A DNA stretch of 64,000 bases from Candidatus Poribacteria bacterium (GTDB lineage: Bacteria > Poribacteria > WGA-4E > WGA-3G). This document shows positions 1 to 11,144 of the stretch, piece after piece. Location: the NCBI GenBank assembly GCA_965198235.1, contig OZ240248.1, positions 1,216,001 through 1,280,000 of the forward strand, given 5' to 3'. Under the pieces are notes generated by a model. That model saw only the letters and a program-made list of their open reading frames with translations, made no database searches and was not told the origin of the DNA. Every line of letters starts with the position of its first letter. Within the stretch, counting starts at the first letter, position 1. Position numbers and translations under genes: made by a program.

Positions 1-1992
<1,992 letters not shown>

Positions 1993-2132
1993 CTTCTTTT
2001 CTTCTACCGACCCCTCACACATATACAATTGTCAAATATTCTTGTAACGGCTCAGCAACATCAGCAGACTCTGGCTTTAAACAGCCTCTAAAGCAGCCAC
2101 GAGCACGCTAACCCTGAGCCATACAAAGAACT

Positions 2133-2251
2133 TTCCGGTGGCTATAGCGAAGGGGACCCACCCGTACCCATCCCGAACACGGTAGTTAAGCCCTTCAGCG
2201 CTGATGATACTTCGGGGGCGACCCCGCGGGAAAGTAGGTCGCTGCCGGGAA
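2133..2251 (+). rRNA. rrf: 5S rRNA
   Basis: About 119 nt with terminal stem TTCCGGTGGC...GCTGCCGGGAA, CCCATCCCGAACAC and GAAAGTAGGTC motifs; directly after 23S. Confidence 0.95.
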
Positions 2252-2260
2252 TCTTCTCGA

Positions 2261-2283
2261 AAGGCAGGTTATGAACCTGCCTT
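2261..2283 (+). terminator. Hairpin after 5S (probable rRNA terminator)
   Basis: AAGGCAGGTT-ATG-AACCTGCCTT perfect 10-bp stem; U-tract is weak. Confidence 0.55.
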
Positions 2284-2390
2284 CAGTTATTCTACAAACA
2301 TGCCGTCCTGACAAGGCTAAACATTTTACAATCGCCTTTCTATCCCGTCCCAATCGCCGATGGCTGACAACCATACCCGAACCATTTCCC

Positions 2391-2419
2391 TTGCATACAC
2401 GTCCAAAAGCGTATATAAT
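2391..2419 (+). promoter_or_regulatory. sigma70-type promoter
   Basis: TTGCAT-17 nt-TATAAT upstream of the LamG gene. Confidence 0.6.
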
Positions 2420-2513
2420 GTATATCAGGGTCAAATAAAAGTAGTGAGCTTCTTTGCTCCTACTGAACGAATACATTGCCTATCATGAGTTTGAAAACTC
2501 AGGAGGTAAACCG

Positions 2514-3296
2514 ATGAAATTCGATCTATGTTTTGCTCTCTTTTGCGCGGCAGTCGTTGTTTTCGCATCCGCGTATACAGAGATAGCACACGCACAATCC
2601 CTTGAAGACGGATTGGGAGGACATTGGACTTTTGATAAGGGCGATACCGATGCCAAGGTAGCCAAAGATGCCCTCGGTGAAAACGATGGAGAGATTAAGG
2701 GTGCCCCGAAAATTGTAGAAGGCATTGTCGGAGACGCACTCAGTTTCAACGGTAAAGAGGATTATGTTGTCATGGGAGCCGCCACCACAGGGCAGGATCT
2801 TACATACGCAATGTGGATTAAACCCGCAGCCCTACCCGAGGGTCCTAAAGTTATTATCTGGGACGATGATCCACAGGGCGGTGGTGATTCGTGGCTGGAA
2901 CTTTTAGCGGATGGCACGATACAAACCCAAAGAGGTGGCGATGGGTTCGGTGTTTTCAAAACTCAGACCGCTGTCAAAGCGGACGAATGGACACACGTCA
3001 CGTTTGTTGCTGCTGGTGAGGACGATAAAAAGTTCCTCTACCTCAACGGTGAACTCGATGCCGAGGCGGACGGAAAAATAAACAGTCGCGACACGCGCAG
3101 CCATGTTGTCGTTGCTGTCGGGCACGACCGTAACGCTTTTATCAAACCCCTCTATTTTGACGGTCTGATTGACGATGTTGCTGTCTACCATCGCGTCTTA
3201 GATGACAAAGAGGTCATGGAGAATTATCAAATCGCCTTTGATGTTGAACCCGCAGGGAAGCTTGCTCTCACGTGGGGTGCCATCAAAGCACATTGA
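2514..3296 (+). CDS. Secreted LamG-like jellyroll protein with C-terminal VEPAGKLALTWGAIK motif
   Basis: AGGAGG RBS before ATG 2514; signal peptide (AHA-Q); GHWTFD, ALSFNG, WTHV, LYLNG and FDGLIDDVAVY LamG motifs. Confidence 0.88.
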   Translation: MKFDLCFALFCAAVVVFASAYTEIAHAQSLEDGLGGHWTFDKGDTDAKVAKDALGENDGEIKGAPKIVEGIVGDALSFNGKEDYVVMGAATTGQDLTYAMWIKPAALPEGPKVIIWDDDPQGGGDSWLELLADGTIQTQRGGDGFGVFKTQTAVKADEWTHVTFVAAGEDDKKFLYLNGELDAEADGKINSRDTRSHVVVAVGHDRNAFIKPLYFDGLIDDVAVYHRVLDDKEVMENYQIAFDVEPAGKLALTWGAIKAH

Positions 3297-3368
3297 GTTT
3301 TTTGAATCGGCGGCTGAGTAGATTGTATTTCATCTTGGCCGCTTTCCGATACAGCGGGGTTTAATGAG

Positions 3369-3908
3369 ATGTCGAAATTGTACACTGAAATTCCTCAAAA
3401 ACTACAACAATTTATCAGGGACCAAAAAATTTTCTTTGTCGCAACCGCGACAGCCGACAGCAGAATCAATCTGTCCCCCAAAGGCATGGATTCGTTGCAT
3501 GTTCTGGGTCCAAACCGCGTTGCTTGGTTAAATGTAACCGGAAGCGGAAATGAAACCGCCGCACACGTTCAGGAAAACCCGCGAATGACGCTTATGTTCA
3601 CCGCTTTTGAGGATAACCCCCTGATCCTCCGACTCTACGGCACTGCAAAGGCTATCCACAAAGATGATACCGAATGGCAACTACTTTTCCCGTTGTTCAC
3701 ACCGCTGCCGGGGGCAAGGCAGATCTTTGACCTCAACGTTGACCTCGTGCAAACCTCTTGTGGGATGGCTGTCCCGCTTTATGATTATGTAGGTGAAAGG
3801 GATCAGCTAAACGCGTGGGCAACGAAGAAGGGTGAGGAAGGCGTAGAGGCGTATTGGAAAGAAACCAATCATACCAGCCTTGATGGAAAACCAACCCGTT
3901 TCACTTAG
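3369..3908 (+). CDS. Pyridoxamine 5'-phosphate oxidase family FMN-binding protein
   Basis: IFFVATA, NLSPKG, TGSGNETAAH and VQTSCGMAVP motifs. Confidence 0.88.
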   Translation: MSKLYTEIPQKLQQFIRDQKIFFVATATADSRINLSPKGMDSLHVLGPNRVAWLNVTGSGNETAAHVQENPRMTLMFTAFEDNPLILRLYGTAKAIHKDDTEWQLLFPLFTPLPGARQIFDLNVDLVQTSCGMAVPLYDYVGERDQLNAWATKKGEEGVEAYWKETNHTSLDGKPTRFT

Positions 3909-3947
3909 CAACTTGTGCAAATCTCTCCTCTGTATTATCCTTTTATT

Positions 3948-4066
3948 TATAGTAAAACTCAAAAATATATGCACACTCTAAAAAACGCAAAACGCCTCTC
4001 CCTCGCTGGCGAGGTTTGTAACCTCGCCAGTCCCTGAGTGTATAGGTAATTAGGGGCTTTACTATA
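3948..4066. mobile_element. MITE-like element with TATAGTAAA...TTTACTATA termini enclosing a REP-like palindrome
   Basis: Terminal inverted repeats and internal CTGGCGAGGTT-TGT-AACCTCGCCAG (4006-4030); related copies at 11930, 37129 and 51450. Confidence 0.7.
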
Positions 4067-4253
4067 AAAGTTCGGATCGCCACTGATGTCGTTTATTTTC
4101 ATCGGAAACCGGCTTGCAACATTCTCTTAGGATTACCAAATTAATTCATCGAAAGCAAAAGAAACCACAATAGATACCAAAAACGCTTCAATTTTAGCAG
4201 AAACCGGCTTGCAACAACGACAGCAAGCCGAGCGAAACCCAATAGTTAAAAAG

Positions 4254-6872
4254 ATGAAATTATCGTTTATCATCATCACGCTTTTTATAACATGCCTGTC
4301 CCTCACACACGCTCTTCCACCGGATCCCGAACTTCAAGGCGCGATCCAAACTGCTCAACAGTTCACCAATCTCAAACCGAAGTACACCGCAAGCGAAATA
4401 ACAGAATGTGTAACCGATAGTTTCGTGACCCTCGCCAAGAATTGGCGAAACTTGCCCTCTGTGCATCGGCAGAAGTTGAAAGGACTTTTCCTTCGACCCG
4501 GACTTCCCGGCAGCTTCTTCGGTGAGGTAGAGCTACCAGAGAGGTTCAACACACCGCATTTTAAATTCCATTACACGCGCGTCGGACCGCACGCACCACC
4601 GCTTGAGGATTTCCATCCGCGCAATGGTGTTCCCGATTATATTGATCTCTGTGCCGATGCAATGGAACGGGCATATCACGTCCAAATCGACCTGATGGGA
4701 TTCAAAATCCCCTACATCGACTTTTGGGCGGCACAGAACGGCGGCAATCATAAATATGATGTCTACCTCTTTACCTTTCCCGCACTCGGTATCACGACGG
4801 CGGACTGGTTCGAAGGACGCGTTTTATCCACCGCGCTGACCGTCGCACCCTATTTCATGATTAACTCCCGTATCTACGATTACGTCGGAAAAGCGGAGGG
4901 GATCCGCTATCTTGAGACAACCTGCACGCATGAATTCCTGCACGGTGTCCAGTTCGGATATAACGCCTATATGCCGACATGGTTCATGGAAGCATCCGCA
5001 ACTTGGATCGAAGTCATGACTTACGATGGTGGGCTTATTGACGATGGCGATACGCTCCCGGATCCCGATGAACCCAACGAGACTAATGCCTATAACTATT
5101 ATATTCATCAGCTCCGCCGCTGGTTTCTCATCCCCGATATATCCCTTGAGAGTCGCATCGGCGACCATGAGTACGGCTCCGTTATCTGGACATTGTATAT
5201 GGCAGAACGGTTCGGGTACGACATCGTCCGCCAATTTTACAGAAACACCACCGATGGCAGTTATCGCGAGATGGGCAATTTTTACGACGTTTTTACGGAT
5301 AACGGCACCACGCTTGCAGAGGCATTCAAGACCTTCACAGTATGGAACTATTTCACGCATACCCGCGCCAATACGGCAACTGGAATTTCGGGATATAGAA
5401 ACGCACTTCGCTTTCCACCCGTCGCTATTCATCCCAACGATGTCCACACGAGTTACCCAGTTCGCGCTGATTTCGACTCGGAATCAATGCCTGAGCATTT
5501 CTCGGCACGCTATATCGTCTTCCGTCCGGCAGGTCCAGGGGGCATATATAATGTGCCAGAATTCGCAGTCAAAATTGATGGCGCGGATCTCGCCCCGATA
5601 AGCCTCCAACACCTCGCACCTGATGATCAGGAGAACATCCAGAATGAACTGAATCGGCAGAGAGGAACCGGTTTGCGTGGATGGGCTGCCAAATTCATCG
5701 TCAAGAAACGGAATGGGACCACCGAGGTTAAAGAAGCATTCACCTATCACCGTTCCCAGGAAGCACAGGTAACATTCAAAGATTTCGGAGGAGAGATTCA
5801 GGAGATTACGCTCATCCTGATTAATATGCACCCCGATGTTGAACGCGTCGTAATTCCGGGTGGAAGCTTCGGTGGTTCTGTCAGTTACGTGGCTGGTGCT
5901 CCGCCGACAGGAACACTTTCAAACGCACAGGTCGTTCAAGGCTCTAATGGACTTCGTGTGACATGGAATGTTGACAATCCGTCAGGGATTCGAGAAGTCG
6001 CAATCCTGCGAAAACGCTATATGTTACGGAATGAAACGGATGTCCTGTTGCCTTTCCAGAAGCCCGATGAAGTCCTCGCCGCTGCCGACCGCGATGGAAA
6101 CGGTATTCCCGAAGACGATATAGCTATCGTTGGACGCGTTGATGTCACACAAACTCGGTTTGAAGACCCTACTGTCTTTGAGGGTATTAATATCAACAGC
6201 GAATTTTTTGATCCGAACAACCTCCACTATTACTATGCTGTTGTGCCTGTTGATGCAATGGGACTTATGGGTACACCGAGCATCGTTCCAAACAGTATTA
6301 CACCGAGTGTAAATACCGTGAGCGGAGCACCTGCCTTCTTTATTCGGACGCAGCCGCACGGCACAGGCGAATGGAATGTTGAAGTACAAAGCACGTATCC
6401 ACTACAGGCTTCACCCCATCTGACGGTGGAGGGTCCGCATAGAAATGAATACACTGTCTTTTTGACACAAGAAACCGAGACGAAATGGTTTGGAACACTC
6501 CGTACGAACGGATTTCCACCGACAGGTATCTATCTCTATAAAATACGCGGACAAACCGCTGCTGGCATAACAGGCACCCGAATCTGGCAGGGGAGCACCT
6601 TCAATTATGTCGCAAACAGCGCGAACCGGAATGTCATCGTCGCACCTAACCCTCTTTATGCGGGGCAAGGCAAACACCTTACCTTCTATCCGCAGGGCTT
6701 AACCGTTGAAATTTACGATGCTTTGGGGAACTTAATTAAGGTACTGGAGGGTGCCTCCGAGTGGGATTGCACGAACGCACGCGGCGAAATGGTCTGCACC
6801 GGATTATACTTCTTCCGGGCGACCGATGGAAATGGATTCCAAAGTACCGGTAAATTCTGTGTGGTGAAATGA
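4254..6872 (+). CDS. Secreted zinc metalloprotease-like protein (MXAN_6640-like) with T9SS type-A/FlgD-like C-terminal domain
   Basis: Signal peptide from ATG 4254; HEFLH zinc motif with downstream WFMEASATW; C-terminus PNP...IYDALGNLIK...WDCTNARGEMVCTGLYFF. Confidence 0.75.
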   Translation: MKLSFIIITLFITCLSLTHALPPDPELQGAIQTAQQFTNLKPKYTASEITECVTDSFVTLAKNWRNLPSVHRQKLKGLFLRPGLPGSFFGEVELPERFNTPHFKFHYTRVGPHAPPLEDFHPRNGVPDYIDLCADAMERAYHVQIDLMGFKIPYIDFWAAQNGGNHKYDVYLFTFPALGITTADWFEGRVLSTALTVAPYFMINSRIYDYVGKAEGIRYLETTCTHEFLHGVQFGYNAYMPTWFMEASATWIEVMTYDGGLIDDGDTLPDPDEPNETNAYNYYIHQLRRWFLIPDISLESRIGDHEYGSVIWTLYMAERFGYDIVRQFYRNTTDGSYREMGNFYDVFTDNGTTLAEAFKTFTVWNYFTHTRANTATGISGYRNALRFPPVAIHPNDVHTSYPVRADFDSESMPEHFSARYIVFRPAGPGGIYNVPEFAVKIDGADLAPISLQHLAPDDQENIQNELNRQRGTGLRGWAAKFIVKKRNGTTEVKEAFTYHRSQEAQVTFKDFGGEIQEITLILINMHPDVERVVIPGGSFGGSVSYVAGAPPTGTLSNAQVVQGSNGLRVTWNVDNPSGIREVAILRKRYMLRNETDVLLPFQKPDEVLAAADRDGNGIPEDDIAIVGRVDVTQTRFEDPTVFEGININSEFFDPNNLHYYYAVVPVDAMGLMGTPSIVPNSITPSVNTVSGAPAFFIRTQPHGTGEWNVEVQSTYPLQASPHLTVEGPHRNEYTVFLTQETETKWFGTLRTNGFPPTGIYLYKIRGQTAAGITGTRIWQGSTFNYVANSANRNVIVAPNPLYAGQGKHLTFYPQGLTVEIYDALGNLIKVLEGASEWDCTNARGEMVCTGLYFFRATDGNGFQSTGKFCVVK

Positions 6873-7783
6873 TGAAAAGTTGTCAGTTTTCAGTTGTCAG
6901 TTGTCAGTTAAAGAGGAGTCTGATACGTATCGGGAGCCTCTTACTGAAAACCAAGAACCGAACACCGAAAATCATTATATTCCTCTTGCTGTTTCTCGTA
7001 AGTTGTGGAGATGAGGGACTGGTTGACCCACACGGCGAAACAACGCTTCCACCACCTGAGACAAACGGATTCCGCGCGATCGATCTTCCAACGGCTCCAG
7101 GTTCCGCGTGGACTTATGTCAACGTTGACACCAATCAGGAATTCACGCTCCGAGTCGAAGGCACACGCGATATCAGTGGCACAACGCATCGACAACTGAC
7201 CATCAGTGAACTTACCACCGCGGAACCCGACCAATTCAGTCTTGAGGCTGTTGACCACTTGGTAGCAAACGCATATTATTTGCGAATAGAAACCGAATTT
7301 TTTGACGGATTCTCGTTCCCAATTTTTGCCACCTACTTTTCTAAAACCTATCAAGCGTTGATAGAATCCGCGTTTGACATGTACCTTCCGAATCCTAATA
7401 ATCCCGGCTTTCTCCGTATATCTCATCAGAAGCATTTTCCGCCGCGCCGTCTATTGGATTTTCCATTGGAAGTGGGAAAAGAGTGGGTGGTTTTTGAGAA
7501 GACCGCTGGAATACCGGTCACGGTTACACGCTATGTAGTGAGCGACAATGAACGGGTTACCGTCCCCGCCGGTAGCTACACTACCTATGTCGTTCACGAA
7601 GAAGTCGTTTACGGAGATAGTCCAGAGCCGTCGGTTTTCTTAATTAGTCCACCCGCAATTTATTGGATCGCGCCGTCCGTTGGGGTTGTCCAGTATCGTT
7701 ACAGCCGTTACCGTGCCATCGATGAACCCTCGTCACGAACCTTCGCTTTGAAGCGTGTGCATCTGCCAGCACCGAATTTTTAA
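6869..7783 (+). CDS. Putative lipoprotein (DUF3108-like, VTVPAGSY motif)
   Basis: ATGA overlap with the upstream gene; lipobox FLVS-C; ERVTVPAGSYTTY and WIAPSVGVVQY motifs. Confidence 0.7.
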   Translation: MMKSCQFSVVSCQLKRSLIRIGSLLLKTKNRTPKIIIFLLLFLVSCGDEGLVDPHGETTLPPPETNGFRAIDLPTAPGSAWTYVNVDTNQEFTLRVEGTRDISGTTHRQLTISELTTAEPDQFSLEAVDHLVANAYYLRIETEFFDGFSFPIFATYFSKTYQALIESAFDMYLPNPNNPGFLRISHQKHFPPRRLLDFPLEVGKEWVVFEKTAGIPVTVTRYVVSDNERVTVPAGSYTTYVVHEEVVYGDSPEPSVFLISPPAIYWIAPSVGVVQYRYSRYRAIDEPSSRTFALKRVHLPAPNF

Positions 7784-7933
7784 TTATGGGCTCTTGGGCA
7801 TCGTTCCAAATGTAAAGCAAAGACAAATTATGCCATTTAAGGCATAATTTCATTCCACGATGGTGTTTGGCGAATCCCGACTTGACTGAGGAAATGTACG
7901 TTTTTTAAAACTTTTTATCCGATTCTGATTCTG

Positions 7934-9280
7934 ATGAGTAACTATCAGTGTATTAGCAATCAGCAATCAGTAGGCGTTGTCAACGCTGTCCATTCTCGCA
8001 AGAACGGATCGCGTTATCGACGGTATACTGACAGCCGACAGTTTCCGACAGCCGACAGCCATTTAGCACATCGGAACATCCCAATCACCATCATCGGTGG
8101 TGGGATACACGGTGTATCTATTGCAATTCGGCTGCTCCGCCATATGCCAGCAGTAGCGAAAAGCCTCGCGATTGTCGATCGGTATCCGCAACCCCTCACC
8201 CAATGGCGGTCTAAAACAGAACGCCAAGGCATGACATTTCTCCGATCACCCGCTGTTCATCACATTACTCCCGATGCACTGGGTATCGTAGAGTATGCCG
8301 AACGCCACAACCGAACGAATGAGTTGGCACCACCCTATTCGCAACCCTCTACGCAACTCTTTCGGGATTTCTGCAACGGGGCTCTTGCTGAACTCGGAGC
8401 ACATCGGGTTTATTATCAGTTTGATGTCGCGAAATTGCGGTGGGACAAAGGGGCAGGTAGATTTCCATTCCGCCTAATCTCGACAAATAATGAAGGGTTT
8501 CGGAGTCGTTGTGTCATTCTTGCCATTGGGGCTGACGACTGTGCTTACGTCCCTCCTGAGTTTGTCCAATGGCACCACCGATATCCCGATCAGATTTTAC
8601 ACGCCTCCCAATTTTCGGTGGATTGTGAGGGTAAGCGAGACGATAAGGGCAAAATAGTTATCGTTGGTGGTGGATTGACAGCGGGGACGCTTGCAAAAAG
8701 CCTTAGCGAACGCGGACATAGTGTAGCACTGGTTGCTCGGAAGCAGTTGAAGACTGAGCAGTTCGATTTTCCGCCGGTATGGTTAGGTCCCAAAGCACTC
8801 GCCGAATTTGCCAGCGAGACCGATTTTCAGCGGCGTTACGAGACAATTCAACACAACAGAGGGGAAGGGAGCATCACGCCCGATATTATGGATGCCCTGT
8901 TGAATACCCCGAACATTGACATCTATCCTGAGACCCGTGTCCATAACATCGCCACGGCGGAAGAATGTCTACCTGTCCGAAGATTACGGGTTGAAACGAC
9001 GCGTGGTGTCATGACCGATGTGTCTCGCGTCATCCTCGCAACGGGGTATAGATTCAATCTTCGTCGTTACGGATTTTTAACGGAATTACTCACACGACAC
9101 CAAATCCCGTTTGTCTGCGGGCTCCCACGACTTGATACCGATTTACAACTCCATCCAATCGAGAATCTATTCGGATCTGGCACCATCGCGCAACTTCAAA
9201 TCGGTCCGGCTTCAGGCAACATCGCTGGCGCAAATCTCGCCTATGAACGCTTTCGTGAAAAACTGCTTGCGCAGCTGTAG
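7934..9280 (+). CDS. FAD/NAD(P)-dependent flavoprotein monooxygenase (lysine/ornithine N-hydroxylase-like)
   Basis: Two Rossmann motifs (IIGGGIHG, IVGGGLTA), LRSP and VILATGY. Confidence 0.78.
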   Translation: MSNYQCISNQQSVGVVNAVHSRKNGSRYRRYTDSRQFPTADSHLAHRNIPITIIGGGIHGVSIAIRLLRHMPAVAKSLAIVDRYPQPLTQWRSKTERQGMTFLRSPAVHHITPDALGIVEYAERHNRTNELAPPYSQPSTQLFRDFCNGALAELGAHRVYYQFDVAKLRWDKGAGRFPFRLISTNNEGFRSRCVILAIGADDCAYVPPEFVQWHHRYPDQILHASQFSVDCEGKRDDKGKIVIVGGGLTAGTLAKSLSERGHSVALVARKQLKTEQFDFPPVWLGPKALAEFASETDFQRRYETIQHNRGEGSITPDIMDALLNTPNIDIYPETRVHNIATAEECLPVRRLRVETTRGVMTDVSRVILATGYRFNLRRYGFLTELLTRHQIPFVCGLPRLDTDLQLHPIENLFGSGTIAQLQIGPASGNIAGANLAYERFREKLLAQL

Positions 9281-9300
9281 AAGCGATGTTCATTCCTTAT

Positions 9301-11106
9301 TCAAACGCTCAGATCCGCCGCAGCCAATTTTTTCCAGCGTGGGAGAAACGCTTCTGTTAAAAAGCTGTCAAGTTCCCAGATATTCTGTTGCGGCTTCCTT
9401 TCAAAGAAGGTCCCCATCGCCAATACCAGAATATCTTTGAAACCATACGGCGTTTCGATCTGTGAGAGATCTTTGAATGTCTGAATAAGTGCAGTGTGAA
9501 TTTGGAGAAAGTTCAGTGCCGCGAAACTAAACGCATTCAGTTTCAAGCAACTGGCTTCGCCTATCTTCACAGTTTCCCAAGCCCATTCCGGTTGATAAAA
9601 GGAGTGAAGCTGCTCCTTACAGAGTTGCACCGCGGTACTGAGAACTTGCGCGAGCTCTTTGTGTTTCGTCGCATCGTTTGGAATATCGAGTTTCTCGCAA
9701 ATTTCCTTATGTAATTGATGTTGTATCGGTTCAGAGTCAACCCAATTTTGGAAAACTTCGGAGGCATGTGCAAAGCAGGTACGCAGATCCGCGAGTGTCA
9801 AATCCAGTTTGCTTGGAAACGCTTTGAGTAAAGAAGAACTCGGCAGCAGATGTTCCTGTTCAGGGTGTAGTTCTAAGAACTTATATTCTACTACATCCGC
9901 CAGCATTTCCGCGAGAATAGGTGTGAAGGCGATAATTGCACGTTCGTATAATTCAGCATCGATGAATTGCTGTAGTTTGGTTGGATCAAGTTCTATTGTC
10001 CCTGACGCAGTTTTGACGAATGTATCGACGAACGAAGTCTGTTCTCCCAGAACGGAAGCCGTTTCTGTTAAGGATAGTGGACGTTTGAATGAAGTCAATT
10101 CCGTATAAGGTTCCTCGAAATCGAGTAGGCTTTCTTGCCATTGGTGCCCCCAGGTATCGTGAATTAGATATTTGTCAAGTTCCGCTAAAGGAAGAACGCC
10201 AATCATCCGCGTCAGTGTTGACGTGACCAATTCCAAAGGCAATTCAGTGTCAGCGGAAATCTTCTGACGGAGGGTTACGTCTAAGTATTCTGCGTCAAAG
10301 GTTCCGAACACGGGGAAATGTGCAAACGGTTCAACCTCCCAAATTTTTCGGAGAAATTTTTCATAATAGGCTTTTGGACGTGGGGAGGTGTGGTTTTCCT
10401 TACGCTTTTCATCTGTAGAAATACTGGGTTCCAGTGCTTTTTCCCGTAGTTCAGTCGGAAGACAAAAATAGAGCGCGGAGGACGTTTTCACCAACTTTAC
10501 TTCGCCTGCTTCAAAAGGCGCATCGGGATATAAGATTTGAAAGAGTTGTAAAATATTCGCGTCGAGTTGCGGGTTATCAGACACTAAATTGAATCGAGTC
10601 TCTAAACTCTGCATAATTTGATGCCGATAGCGGAGCGGACGTGTCCGTATGGAAAGTTGCCGAGTGAGCCTATCCACTGTTTCCGAATCCAGATGGAATG
10701 CGTGTTGAAGTTTTGTTTTGAGTTTCTCTCGTTCGTCCGAAACTGCTGGAGCGTCCGGGGCGAAAAGTGTGAAGATTTTAGAACCAGCGGTGTCTAAATT
10801 TTCAATCTCTGGATGATGCACGAGAGCCGGATAGTGATCAACGGACAGCCAGACAGCTTCAACAAAAGCGGTGTCTAAAAGAGCCTCGTCACACTGTATC
10901 GGTGCGTGTCGCGAGCGTGCACGCGTATCCGCCATCAATTCATTATGATGTGTGTAGAACGTTTTAAGCGTTTCGGTTGACTCGATTTCCTGTTCCTTTT
11001 TTGCTTTGTTAATTTGCTGCGCAAGCGTTTCAAATTTCTTCAAACGTTCTAAAACAGATTCCCAACGATTGGGGATGTTCTCATAGTGCCATGTGGGCGG
11101 GGTCAT
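9301..11106 (-). CDS. Hypothetical helical protein with HDTWGH motif
   Basis: 601-aa ORF with AAGGA RBS; no recognised family; His/Glu cluster HDTWGHQWQE...EMLAD. Confidence 0.7.
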   Translation of the reverse strand: MTPPTWHYENIPNRWESVLERLKKFETLAQQINKAKKEQEIESTETLKTFYTHHNELMADTRARSRHAPIQCDEALLDTAFVEAVWLSVDHYPALVHHPEIENLDTAGSKIFTLFAPDAPAVSDEREKLKTKLQHAFHLDSETVDRLTRQLSIRTRPLRYRHQIMQSLETRFNLVSDNPQLDANILQLFQILYPDAPFEAGEVKLVKTSSALYFCLPTELREKALEPSISTDEKRKENHTSPRPKAYYEKFLRKIWEVEPFAHFPVFGTFDAEYLDVTLRQKISADTELPLELVTSTLTRMIGVLPLAELDKYLIHDTWGHQWQESLLDFEEPYTELTSFKRPLSLTETASVLGEQTSFVDTFVKTASGTIELDPTKLQQFIDAELYERAIIAFTPILAEMLADVVEYKFLELHPEQEHLLPSSSLLKAFPSKLDLTLADLRTCFAHASEVFQNWVDSEPIQHQLHKEICEKLDIPNDATKHKELAQVLSTAVQLCKEQLHSFYQPEWAWETVKIGEASCLKLNAFSFAALNFLQIHTALIQTFKDLSQIETPYGFKDILVLAMGTFFERKPQQNIWELDSFLTEAFLPRWKKLAAADLSV

Positions 11107-11144
11107 AGTTTTATCCTTTTCTTTATTTTTTTACGATGTGTCTG

